Below, one piece after another: positions 1 through 9,128 of a stretch of DNA of 42,234 nucleotides. The position numbers and the translations under genes are program-made. This stretch comes from Campylobacteraceae bacterium (lineage in GTDB: Bacteria; Campylobacterota; Campylobacteria; Campylobacterales; Arcobacteraceae), in contig JABSON010000003.1 in NCBI GenBank assembly GCA_013215915.1, positions 1-42,234 on the forward strand, in the 5' to 3' direction. Each line of letters begins with the position of its first letter. The first letter of the stretch is position 1. Under the pieces are notes generated by a model. It was not told the DNA's origin and searched no databases. It saw only the letters and a program-made list of their open reading frames with translations.

Positions 1-352
1 CTTTTAGTTTAGTATCATTAGCATCAGTTAATAATGCAGCCTCTAATTCTGCTAAAGTAACGCCATCTTTGGGTGTGTCTTTGTCAGCTTCGGAAAATAT
101 TTTTTTTGCAGCTACTTTATCTCCTTTTACTACCAAGAGGTCAACTGCCATATTGTATTCATTTTCTGTGATTTTTCCGCTTTTATCAACATCGAGTGCA
201 GTGAAACATCTTGCAATTTGTTTTTTTACATTAGCTTCGACATATTCATGTGACTGCATAGAAGCAGTAGGTTTAAGGTTTCTAGTCTGTGTTGTGAAGG
301 AAACACATGAAAGGGATAAAACTACTAAGATTATTAGGCTTCTTGTATTCAT
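1..352 (-). CDS. Secreted EF-hand calcium-binding protein (3' end runs off the window)
   Basis: Manual translation from ATG at 352: MNTRSLIILVVLSLSCVSFTTQTRNLK...FTALDVDKSGKITENEY...IFSEADKDTPKDGVTLAELE. Hydrophobic N-terminus, one canonical EF-hand loop (DxDxSGxIxxxE) and a second variant loop. Open to base 1. Not in the ORF track. Confidence 0.8.
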   Translation of the reverse strand, partial: MNTRSLIILVVLSLSCVSFTTQTRNLKPTASMQSHEYVEANVKKQIARCFTALDVDKSGKITENEYNMAVDLLVVKGDKVAAKKIFSEADKDTPKDGVTLAELEAALLTDANDTKLK

Positions 353-414
353 CTTTGATTATTATTTTTAATACATTGAAGCTAAATAGTAAATATTATT
401 TATTAACTTTAAAC

Positions 415-1646
415 ATGAAGAAAATAAATATATATGGAAATGGCACTATATATCAGGAATTATTTTAAGCCCATTAATATTATTTTTGTTAATTACAGGA
501 GCTATATATTTATTTAAAAATATATATGAAGATTATACATATGCAGATATTAAAAAAGTTGAGATTCAAGGCTCTAAATTTTCATATGAAGAACAATTTG
601 ATTTCGTAAAAGATTATGCTTTAAAAACACCTTCTAGTATTATTATTTCAAATAACATAAACGAAGTTACAGTATTTGAAATAGGTAAGTGGAGTAAAAA
701 AAGAAGTATTTTAGTAAATCCTTATACAGGAGATATAAAAGCTGATATAAGTAAAAAAGATACTTTAATGCATAAAGTTAAAAAACTTCATGGTGAACTA
801 TTATTATCTTCTTATGGAACAAAAATAATTGAACTTACTGCTTCTTGGATGGTAGTACTAATTCTTTCAGGAATGTATTTATGTTTGCCTAAAAAAGGTG
901 GAGGATTAAAAGATATATTTATAATAAGACTTAATGCTGGAAAATTAGCTTTTTATAGAGATCTTCATTCTGTTCTAGCATTATTAATGTCAATTTTATT
1001 ATTACTTACACTTGCAGGTGGTTTACCTTGGACTGATGTATGGGGTGGCTTATATAAAGAAGTTCAGAAATCTACTAATTCAGGATACCCAAAAGACTAT
1101 TCAGGGAAAAAACTAATATCAATTAATGAAAATAATGTAAAAAAAATCTCAATAGATGAAATGGTAGATCTTGCAAAAGATTTAAGATTAAAGGGAACAG
1201 TTACTTTGATTTTACCAAAAAATGAGAATTCAGTACTTACAGTTAAAAATAGAGCTCAAGATTTATATGATCAAAAAGTTTATCACTATGACCAGTACAC
1301 AAAAAAATTAATTAAATCATATGATTGGACTGATGTAGGTTCAATGATGCAAAGTAGACAGTGGCTAATGAGATTTCATCAAGGATTATTTGGAACTTGG
1401 AATTTTGTTCTAATGTTATTTGTTTGTTTATTAACTTTTATTTCAATTCTTGCAGGTATATATGCCTACATACTAAGAAAAGATAAAAAAGATTTAAAAA
1501 TACCATCTGCAAAACCTAAGTTTGGATATGGATTTATCTCTTTGATAATTTTATTAGGAGCATTATTTCCTTTATTTGGTTTAAGTATATTTATTATCTT
1601 AATATATGAATTATGTACAAAAATATGTATACAAAAAGAGAAATAA
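415..1646 (+). CDS. PepSY-associated TM helix protein (PiuB-like); start region frameshifted or uncertain
   Basis: ORF 486..1646 has LHGELL, RDLH, GLPWT and RFHQG motifs. The frame extends upstream to WKWHYISGII (435), the typical family N-terminus. ATG at 415 is one base out of frame. Confidence 0.8.
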
Positions 1647-1700
1647 TACAATATTACTCAAGATTAGGTATAAGATTAATATTTATTTAGTTATAGTTTC

Positions 1701-1719
1701 GATAATCAAAATCAATAAC
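1701..1719 (+). promoter_or_regulatory. Fur-box-like site
   Basis: GATAATCAAAATCAATAAC matches GATAATGATAATCATTATC at 15/19, directly upstream of the AAGGA SD of the lipoprotein gene. Confidence 0.55.
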
Positions 1720-1730
1720 TAAGGAAAAGT

Positions 1731-3071
1731 ATGAAAAAATACTTAAGTATGGCTGTATTATGTATGTCATTATTAACTGCTTGTGGAAATAATGATAAGA
1801 ATGAAGAAGTTAATTCTAAAAAAATAGTTAAGAGTAATCAACAAGAAGTAAGTCTTGACTTAGTTCTTCCCGTAAGTTTTAAAACTGTAAAAAAAAGATC
1901 TAAATCATTTGATCAATTACATTTTTATTTTTCAAAAGAAATAATTTATACATTAAAAATTATGAATGAAAAAGATGAAATTGTACTTGATCATGAAACA
2001 ACAAAATATGCAAATGAAAATCAATATAATTTAGGATTAAAAGAGAAAATTGATTATGGTGTATATAATTATGTTTTAGAAGTAAGTACAAAAGATGATA
2101 TTAAAAAAACTTATGAAGGTAGTTTTGAAAAAAAATTAGAATTACTTTATGAAGGAACTAAGAAGATAACTGATATCTCATTATCAGATAATGAAGAATT
2201 AATTTATGTTGCAGAACAGGCAGATTCTTATGGTGAGTCTGCTAAGTTATATTCTATTTCTTTAGAAGATAAAACAAAAAATGATATAGTATTTACAGAT
2301 TCTCCACTGTCTATTTATGATATTGAAGAATATAAAGGTAAACTTTTTATTGCAGGAATGGGTACAAACTTATTAATGAGTAAAAACCTTGTAACTAATG
2401 AAGAAGAAAATATATTTAAAGATATTCAATGTAGCGGATATGGTTGTTATAGTGTTTTTTCTATAAAAAAATATAAAGATTCATTATATATAGGAACTGA
2501 TAAGGGTTTATATAAATTAAGTGATGATAATACTATAGTTAAAATTACAGATCATTTATTAGATGCTGATGAAATTATTAAAAGTTTATATGTTGATTCT
2601 AAGGGGTATTTATGGATTACATCTATGGATAATGCAGGAGTATCATATTTTGATGGTACAAAATGGACTTCATTAGCAGATAAACTTTCATCAGGTGGTT
2701 ATATAGATATAGTTGAAGGCGATAATGGTGATTATTGGTTAGCTGGAAATACAAGTGGATTAACAAAATACAATATAAATGATAAAAGTATAAAAACATA
2801 TACACCTTACAATAGTGATATTTTAGATCATAATATTATATCTGTTGCTTATAATGGTAAAGTAATTGTAGGATCTCATGATTATGGTTTTAGTACATTT
2901 GATAAGTCTTCTTGGCTGAAATATGATAAAAGCAATACTTTAATTACTGGAATGACAAGTGATATGTGTTATTCAAATTGTGCACCTATTCAAGTTGCAG
3001 AAAGAATGATTCAAGGTAAAGATAAAAATGTATTTGTAGTCGTTAGTAAATCTTTATTTAAAATTCATTAA
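1731..3071 (+). CDS. Lipoprotein with C-terminal beta-propeller (two-component-regulator propeller-like repeats)
   Basis: Lipobox LTAC-G; repeats such as LYIGTDKGLYK, DSKGYLWI, GVSYFDG, GDYWLAG, GLTKYN. Confidence 0.7.
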   Translation: MKKYLSMAVLCMSLLTACGNNDKNEEVNSKKIVKSNQQEVSLDLVLPVSFKTVKKRSKSFDQLHFYFSKEIIYTLKIMNEKDEIVLDHETTKYANENQYNLGLKEKIDYGVYNYVLEVSTKDDIKKTYEGSFEKKLELLYEGTKKITDISLSDNEELIYVAEQADSYGESAKLYSISLEDKTKNDIVFTDSPLSIYDIEEYKGKLFIAGMGTNLLMSKNLVTNEEENIFKDIQCSGYGCYSVFSIKKYKDSLYIGTDKGLYKLSDDNTIVKITDHLLDADEIIKSLYVDSKGYLWITSMDNAGVSYFDGTKWTSLADKLSSGGYIDIVEGDNGDYWLAGNTSGLTKYNINDKSIKTYTPYNSDILDHNIISVAYNGKVIVGSHDYGFSTFDKSSWLKYDKSNTLITGMTSDMCYSNCAPIQVAERMIQGKDKNVFVVVSKSLFKIH

Positions 3072-3086
3072 TTATAATAATTTTTC

Positions 3087-3130
3087 TTGACATATATTTT
3101 TTCATATGATAAACTCTTCATATGAAAAAA
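3087..3130 (+). promoter_or_regulatory. Sigma70 promoter overlapped by an ArsR/SmtB-type operator
   Basis: TTGACA(3087)-N17-TAAACT(3110) with extended TG; perfect 13-bp inverted repeat TTTTTTCATATGA-N8-TCATATGAAAAAA (3097-3130) flanking the -10. Confidence 0.75.
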
Positions 3131-3149
3131 ATATCATATAAGGATGATT

Positions 3150-3356
3150 ATGAAAAAAACATTTAAAGCTGAGAATATTTCTTGTGGTAAGTGTGCTAAT
3201 TTAATTAAAGTTTCACTAGAAGATGATTTTGGTGATATTGAAGTTAATCTAAATTCAAACCCTAAAGAAGTAAGTCTAGAAATTCCAAATCAAGCTAAAG
3301 AAGAACTATTTAAAGTAGAAATGGCTGATATTGGTTTTTCAATTATAGAATCTTAG
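3150..3356 (+). CDS. copZ: Heavy-metal-associated (HMA) copper chaperone, CopZ/CopP-like
   Basis: ISCGKC CxxC motif in a 68-aa protein; AAGGA SD favours ATG 3150. Confidence 0.8.
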   Translation: MKKTFKAENISCGKCANLIKVSLEDDFGDIEVNLNSNPKEVSLEIPNQAKEELFKVEMADIGFSIIES

Positions 3357-3357
3357 T

Positions 3358-3714
3358 ATGAACGAATCAAAGACTTTGATTCGTTCTTGCTGTGAAGATA
3401 TCTCACACTTAGAACAAATCAATAAAAAACTACCCTCATGTGATGAAATACTATTTTTATCTACTATATTAAAAGCAATTGCTGATCCTACAAGACTTAA
3501 AATTCTTCTTGCACTTTTAGAATATGAAATATGCGTAGGTGAGATGGTTAATATATTGAAACTTCCCCAAACTAATGTATCTCATCAATTAAAGATTTTA
3601 AGAGAAAAAGGACTTGTTTCTTTTAAAAAAGATAAAAAGATGTCTTTTTATTATATTTGTAATGATGAAATAAAAGATTTATTAATAGATGTTTTAAAAA
3701 TAAATAAGGTTTAG
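3358..3714 (+). CDS. ArsR/SmtB family metalloregulator (CadC-like)
   Basis: KAIADPTRLKIL, EICVGE, VSHQLKILREKGLV; N-terminal CC. Confidence 0.9.
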   Translation: MNESKTLIRSCCEDISHLEQINKKLPSCDEILFLSTILKAIADPTRLKILLALLEYEICVGEMVNILKLPQTNVSHQLKILREKGLVSFKKDKKMSFYYICNDEIKDLLIDVLKINKV

Positions 3715-3716
3715 AT

Positions 3717-5891
3717 ATGTCAAAAGAAAACATAAAATTAAATATATCTGGTATGACCTGTGTTAACTGTTCAAATGGAATTGAAAAAATAAGCAATAAA
3801 ATGAAAGGCCTTAGTTTTTCAAAGGTTTCATTTACTTCAAATTCAGGTGAGTTTATAATTGATACAGAGCACTTAAGCAAACATAAACTAATAAATAAAA
3901 TAAAAGCTTTAGGTTATGAAGTTGTAGAAGATTTAGAAGAACTTGAAAAAAATAAGATAAAAGCATATGTAAAATTAAAAAATACATTTTTTATCTCTTT
4001 AACACTTACATCTCTAATGTTTTATTTTATGTTTTTTCCAAAAGAGAATAATACATATATCTTATTTCTCCTAGCATCAATAGTTCAGTTCTATTGTGGA
4101 TTGAGATTTTATACCCTCTCATATAAGGCATTATCTCATAATAACTATGATATGAATGTATTAGTAGCACTTGGAACTTCTGCTGCTTATTTTTATTCTG
4201 CTTTTGTAGTAATAAGCCCAACTCTATTCCCAGAAAATTTAAGATTTGTATATTTTGATGGTGCTGCTGTTATTATTACTTTTATTTTATTAGGAAGATT
4301 ATTAGAAGAGAGATCACGTGCAAAAGCTAGTGATTTTTTAAAGAGTTTAATGAACTTAGCTCCTTTAAAAGCTAATATTATAAAAGATAATGGTGATATA
4401 AAGCAAATACCTGCAAAAGATTTAGAAATAGGCGACATAGTATTAATCAAACAAGGTGAACAAGTATCAGCTGATTGTTTAATTATAAAAGGTTATGCTG
4501 ATATTAATGCTTCTATGATTACAGGTGAATCTATGCCTGTATATAAAACTATAGGTGATGAAATAATTGCTGGAACTATTAATACTAATGGTGTAATTGA
4601 AGCAAAAGTTCTAAAAAAATCAAGTGATACAAAAATCTCAAAAATAATTGACTTATTATCACTTGCTCAAAGTAAACAAATGCCAATAGCTAGGTTTGCA
4701 GATAAAGTTGCAAATATATTTGTACCCTTAGTAATAGGAATATCTATATTAACTTTTTTAGTATGGTACTTTATAGTAGGTAATACCTTAATGGCTATAT
4801 TAGCTTCAATCTCAGTTTTAATTATATCTTGTCCTTGTGCGCTGGGTCTTGCTACTCCAATAGCAATTGTAAGTTCAGTTGCAGCTGGAGCAAAAGAAGG
4901 AATATTAATTAAAAATCCTGAAGTTCTAGAAATTATAAAAGATATTAGATATGCAGTATTTGATAAAACAGGTACTTTAACTAAGGGTGAGATTAAAGTT
5001 AAAGATATGGATATAGATGAAAAATATTTAAATCTTATTTATGCATTAGAGAAAGTAAATGAACATGCTATTTCAAAAGCAATCATTAACTATATAGATG
5101 ATAAGAATATTAAAGAAGAGAGTATAGAACTAGAAGAGTTTAAAAATATTCCAGGACGAGGATTAAGTGCTAAATATAATAATGAATTAGTATTAATTGG
5201 AAATATAGCCTTATTAGAAGAGAATAATATAAGTATTGCCCAGGTGAAAAAAGAGTTTTATCTTAATACTCTTAACAAAGGAAATGTATCTGTATTAGTA
5301 TCTTATAAAAATGAATGTAAGGGCTCAATTTCATTAGAAGATGAAATTAAAGAGGGTGCGATAGAGTTAATAAAAGCTTTAAATGCTAAAAATATTCAAA
5401 CTATTCTATTAACAGGTGATAATAAATTAACTGCTAAAAATATAGCAAATACATTAGGTATTAAAACCATATATTCAGAAGTATTACCAAATGAAAAATA
5501 TGATCTAATTAAAAGTTTACAAAATAATTCTAAGATTATGTTTGTAGGTGATGGAGTGAATGATTCACCTTCTATTAAACAAGCTGATATAGGAATAACA
5601 TTAAACTCAGGATCTGACATCACAAAAGATGCAGGTGATATTATATTAATGAATAATGATATAGCTTGCGTATTAAAAAGTATAAACTTATCTTTTAAAA
5701 CAATGAAAATAATTAAACAAAATCTATTTTGGGCATTCTTCTATAATGCTTTAGGAATACCATTAGCAGCTGGAATATTTTATTCGAGTTTTGGGATTAT
5801 GTTAAGTCCTATGTATGCAGGAATAGCTATGAGTTTTTCTTCTGTTATTGTTGTTTTGAATTCTTTGAGATTAAAGATGTATAGTTTGTAA
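3717..5891 (+). CDS. copA: Cu(I)/Ag(I)-translocating P1B-type ATPase
   Basis: GMTCVNC HMA domain, TGES, CPCALGLATP, DKTGT, TGDN, GDGVND, YN and MSFSS Cu(I) signatures. Confidence 0.92.
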   Translation: MSKENIKLNISGMTCVNCSNGIEKISNKMKGLSFSKVSFTSNSGEFIIDTEHLSKHKLINKIKALGYEVVEDLEELEKNKIKAYVKLKNTFFISLTLTSLMFYFMFFPKENNTYILFLLASIVQFYCGLRFYTLSYKALSHNNYDMNVLVALGTSAAYFYSAFVVISPTLFPENLRFVYFDGAAVIITFILLGRLLEERSRAKASDFLKSLMNLAPLKANIIKDNGDIKQIPAKDLEIGDIVLIKQGEQVSADCLIIKGYADINASMITGESMPVYKTIGDEIIAGTINTNGVIEAKVLKKSSDTKISKIIDLLSLAQSKQMPIARFADKVANIFVPLVIGISILTFLVWYFIVGNTLMAILASISVLIISCPCALGLATPIAIVSSVAAGAKEGILIKNPEVLEIIKDIRYAVFDKTGTLTKGEIKVKDMDIDEKYLNLIYALEKVNEHAISKAIINYIDDKNIKEESIELEEFKNIPGRGLSAKYNNELVLIGNIALLEENNISIAQVKKEFYLNTLNKGNVSVLVSYKNECKGSISLEDEIKEGAIELIKALNAKNIQTILLTGDNKLTAKNIANTLGIKTIYSEVLPNEKYDLIKSLQNNSKIMFVGDGVNDSPSIKQADIGITLNSGSDITKDAGDIILMNNDIACVLKSINLSFKTMKIIKQNLFWAFFYNALGIPLAAGIFYSSFGIMLSPMYAGIAMSFSSVIVVLNSLRLKMYSL

Positions 5892-5901
5892 AATAAATGA
5901 T

Positions 5902-5938
5902 AAAGAATAAGATGAATTTTGCATACTTCTTATTCTTT
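5902..5938. terminator. Inverted repeat between convergent copA and tdk
   Basis: AAAGAATAAGA...TCTTATTCTTT arms. Confidence 0.5.
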
Positions 5939-5946
5939 TATAAATA

Positions 5947-6546
5947 TTATCCTAAGTTCCTAAATATATCACTCAACTGAGTATCATTAGTTTCATTAGT
6001 ATAATGTTTAAAACATACAGATGTATATTTATCTTCAGCTCCACAATCAATAATATCACCATAATAAATAGGGTTTGAATCTGAATCAGTTTTTAAAATC
6101 ATAGTAGCTTTTTCTCCACAATGACAATAAGATGAATTTTCAACTATTTCATCAGCAATAGCTAGTAAAAAAGCAGATGATTCAAATAGTTCCATTTTAA
6201 ATGTATTCTTTAATCCAAAACATTCAACTGTTGCACCTTTTAATGATATTTTTCTTAAATCAAATATTTGTTTTTTAGATAAGAACTGACATTCATCAAC
6301 TAAAATGTATTTATCTTTATAATCATCAAATGGAAGTATGTCACTTACGTTTTGTGTTTCATTTAATATTAAACAATCAGACTTAAATCCATTTCTAGAT
6401 TCTATTGTTTCCGTTCTTGTATCAAGTGATGGTTTAATTAAAGTAACACTTTTACCAATAGCCATAAGGTTATATGCTTCTGTTAATAGTTTTGCAGTTT
6501 TTCCTGCATTCATAGTTGCATATTGAAAGATTAATTTTCCGCTCAT
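5947..6546 (-). CDS. tdk: Thymidine kinase
   Basis: YATMNAGKT P-loop, VDECQFL, CHCG and SVCFKHY zinc motifs; start moved to MSGKLIF (6546), which has an AGGA SD. Confidence 0.92.
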   Translation of the reverse strand: MSGKLIFQYATMNAGKTAKLLTEAYNLMAIGKSVTLIKPSLDTRTETIESRNGFKSDCLILNETQNVSDILPFDDYKDKYILVDECQFLSKKQIFDLRKISLKGATVECFGLKNTFKMELFESSAFLLAIADEIVENSSYCHCGEKATMILKTDSDSNPIYYGDIIDCGAEDKYTSVCFKHYTNETNDTQLSDIFRNLG

Positions 6547-6646
6547 TTGTTTTTTCCTATTTATATTATGATTCAAGTATAAAGATAATACTTTAAAATG
6601 TTTTTGGAATAATAACATAAGCACTTTAAATTTACTTTTATTTTTA

Positions 6647-6673
6647 TCTATGTTAATATTGAATTAACATAGA
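6647..6673. promoter_or_regulatory. Perfect 11-bp inverted repeat in the divergent tdk/spy intergenic region
   Basis: TCTATGTTAAT-ATTGA-ATTAACATAGA, upstream of an extended -10-like TGTCATAAT (6698-6706). Confidence 0.4.
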
Positions 6674-6734
6674 GTTTATAAATGATTAAAAATAGAATGT
6701 CATAATTTTCATATATAAAAACAAAGGACATATT

Positions 6735-7211
6735 ATGAAAAACAGAATTATAGGATCGTTATTAATAGTATCAGTATTAAGTGTAGGTGCATTTGCTCAA
6801 AACCATTATGATAAGAATGATTCAAAGTCTTCATCAATTTGTAAAAGTGATAAAAAGAATAATCATTATAAAATGAAAAGATCACATAATAGAGGTGGAA
6901 TACTATTTTTAGTTAAAAAACTTAATTTAGATGATTCTCAAAAGACTAAGATTAAAAGTATAATGAATCAAAGAAATACAAATGAAAAAACTATAGCTTC
7001 TTCATTTACATCATCAAGTTTTGATAAAAACAAATATATAGATATTATTAAAGATAAAAAAGAAAATATGTTAAAGTTACGTGCAGATAAAATCGAAAAA
7101 GTATATAATATTCTAAATTCAAAACAAAAAACTCAGTTAAAAGTTTTGATAGATTTGAAAGCTGAAAAAAAAGGAAAACATTTTGATAAACGTTTTAATG
7201 GTAGAGGATGA
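6735..7211 (+). CDS. Spy/CpxP family periplasmic protein
   Basis: Signal peptide; LTxxQ-like motifs KKLNLDDSQK and YNILNSKQK; precedes an RR-HK pair. Confidence 0.8.
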   Translation: MKNRIIGSLLIVSVLSVGAFAQNHYDKNDSKSSSICKSDKKNNHYKMKRSHNRGGILFLVKKLNLDDSQKTKIKSIMNQRNTNEKTIASSFTSSSFDKNKYIDIIKDKKENMLKLRADKIEKVYNILNSKQKTQLKVLIDLKAEKKGKHFDKRFNGRG

Positions 7212-7857
7212 TAGTGAATTAGCAGAAGTATTATCACAGTATTTAAAGAAGTTTAATATACACGTTACAAATTATGAAGATCCTTTTTTAGCTTTAAGCG
7301 CTTTAAAACTATCTTCATATGATTTAGTTATCTTAGATTTAACGCTGCCTGGAATGGATGGTTTAGATGTATGTAAAAACATTCTAGAGCATCACGATAT
7401 ACCTATTATAATATCAAGTGCAAGAAGTGATATTACTGATAAAGTCATTGCTTTGCAATTAGGGGCTGATGACTACTTACCCAAACCTTATGATCCAAGA
7501 GAACTTGAAATTAGAATTAGAACAATATTGAGAAGATATAATAAAAGTTTAGAAGAAAAAGAAATTACAAAAACTTTTGTTTTAAATGAAAAAAAAAGAG
7601 AAATCAGAAAGAATGCTGAGGTTATTAAATTAACAGCAGCTGAGTACGAAGTTTTATCTTTATTTTTAAAAAGAGTTGATTTTATTATCTCAAGAGAAGA
7701 TATTTTTGAAAATTCTAATTTATTAAATAGCGATTATGATAATGTTGGTTCATTATCTGTTATAATAAATAGAATAAGGCATAAGATTGAAGATAATAGT
7801 AAAAGTCCTAAATATCTTCATACAATTCGAGGAATGGGGTATAAATTCACACAATGA
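7183..7857 (+). CDS. OmpR-family response regulator
   Basis: VEDD, LDLTLPGMDG, GADDYLPKP, winged-helix TIRGMGYK; TTG start with AGGA SD. Confidence 0.95.
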   Translation: MINVLMVEDDSELAEVLSQYLKKFNIHVTNYEDPFLALSALKLSSYDLVILDLTLPGMDGLDVCKNILEHHDIPIIISSARSDITDKVIALQLGADDYLPKPYDPRELEIRIRTILRRYNKSLEEKEITKTFVLNEKKREIRKNAEVIKLTAAEYEVLSLFLKRVDFIISREDIFENSNLLNSDYDNVGSLSVIINRIRHKIEDNSKSPKYLHTIRGMGYKFTQ

Positions 7858-9128
7858 AAAGACAATCAATATTTTTCACAATAACAATAACATTTGTAAT
7901 TTCTTTACTTTTAGTAATAAGTTCGTTTGTGGTTCTATTAATTAATGATTATAAGAATGAATCTTTAAACTTAAAAAAGAAATATTTTCCTATAGTTAAA
8001 ATGATTATTAAATCAAGTAATCATCATAATAGAAATAGAGCTAATAAAGATATTCTCTCTCAGAATTTAGAAGATGTAATTTCATCAATGAATTTAGAGA
8101 TTATTTCAGATGAAGGTTTGCAAAATGCAATTTCATATAATCCCTCATCAAAAGTTCTAATTCAAAGAAAATTCAAAAAATCTATTGCAAGAGTAATATC
8201 TTTAAATGATGTAGTTTATATTTATGTAAAACATAGAGGTGATACATTTTTATTAAAAGATAATGCATCTTCCATAGATAATACAAGAATGTATATTATT
8301 CTAGTATTTTTAGTAATCTTCCTTACGTTAATTATTTCATTTTTAACAACTATTAAAAAACTATATCCAATAGTTATTTTAAAAGATAAAGTAAAAATGT
8401 TAGGAGCTGAACATTTTGATTTTGAATGTTGTAATACAGACAAACAAGATGAAGTATCTCTTTTAGCTAAAGAGTTTAAAAACTCAGCAGATAAATTAAA
8501 ACAAATTAAAGAAGCTAGAAATATTTTCATTAGAAATATTATGCACGAACTTAAAACTCCAATTACTAAAGGTAAGTTTTTAGGTGAATTAGAACATACA
8601 GAAGAAAATGATGAAAAAATGAAATCTGTATTTTCTAGGCTTGAACTTTTAATTAATGAATTTTCAGCAATTGAAGAACTAATTTCTTCAACTGTTAATA
8701 TTGAAAAGAATGAATATTTTTTAAATGATATTATTGATAACTCATCTGATATGCTTTTATTAGAAGATAATAATATTATCAACTCATCTTATAATTTTAA
8801 ACTTTTAATAAACTACAAATTATTTTGTGTGGCAGTTAAGAATTTAATTGATAATGCAGTTAAGTATTCTCCTAATTCACAAGTTGAAATTAAATCTAAT
8901 TCAAATAATGAAATTATGTTTATAAATGAAGGTCCTAAGTTACTTCATCCACTTGAGAGTTATTTTGAACCATTTTTTGCAAACGAAGATAAAAGTAAAG
9001 ATGGATTTGGTTTAGGATTATATATTACTAATTCAATTCTAAAAGCTAATTCATCTTTTTTAGAATACAAATATGAAAATAATAAAAATATATTTACAAT
9101 AGTTTATACGAATACAAAGGATACGTGA
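7854..9128 (+). CDS. Sensor histidine kinase (ArsS/RacS-like, HAMP)
   Basis: Two TM helices, HAMP-like QDEVSLLA, HELKTPIT H-box, NLIDNAVKY, GFGLGLYI. Confidence 0.93.
   Translation: MKRQSIFFTITITFVISLLLVISSFVVLLINDYKNESLNLKKKYFPIVKMIIKSSNHHNRNRANKDILSQNLEDVISSMNLEIISDEGLQNAISYNPSSKVLIQRKFKKSIARVISLNDVVYIYVKHRGDTFLLKDNASSIDNTRMYIILVFLVIFLTLIISFLTTIKKLYPIVILKDKVKMLGAEHFDFECCNTDKQDEVSLLAKEFKNSADKLKQIKEARNIFIRNIMHELKTPITKGKFLGELEHTEENDEKMKSVFSRLELLINEFSAIEELISSTVNIEKNEYFLNDIIDNSSDMLLLEDNNIINSSYNFKLLINYKLFCVAVKNLIDNAVKYSPNSQVEIKSNSNNEIMFINEGPKLLHPLESYFEPFFANEDKSKDGFGLGLYITNSILKANSSFLEYKYENNKNIFTIVYTNTKDT

Noticed and set aside
69..371. Plus-strand 100-aa ORF in the track
   Set aside because: Antisense shadow of the minus-strand EF-hand gene; no recognisable motif
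355..410. Possible Fur box upstream of the PepSY gene
   Set aside because: Only about 11/19 match in very AT-rich DNA; not distinguishable from chance
6547..6624. N-terminal extension of tdk in the ORF track
   Set aside because: SD position and family motifs place the start at 6546; similar over-extensions were trimmed for glmS, metK, rlmH, prmA and the YkgJ gene
1466..8782. Short opposite-strand ORFs (1466, 2623, 3623, 4027, 4193, 5396, 6338, 8222)
   Set aside because: They overlap well-supported genes on the other strand and have no motifs
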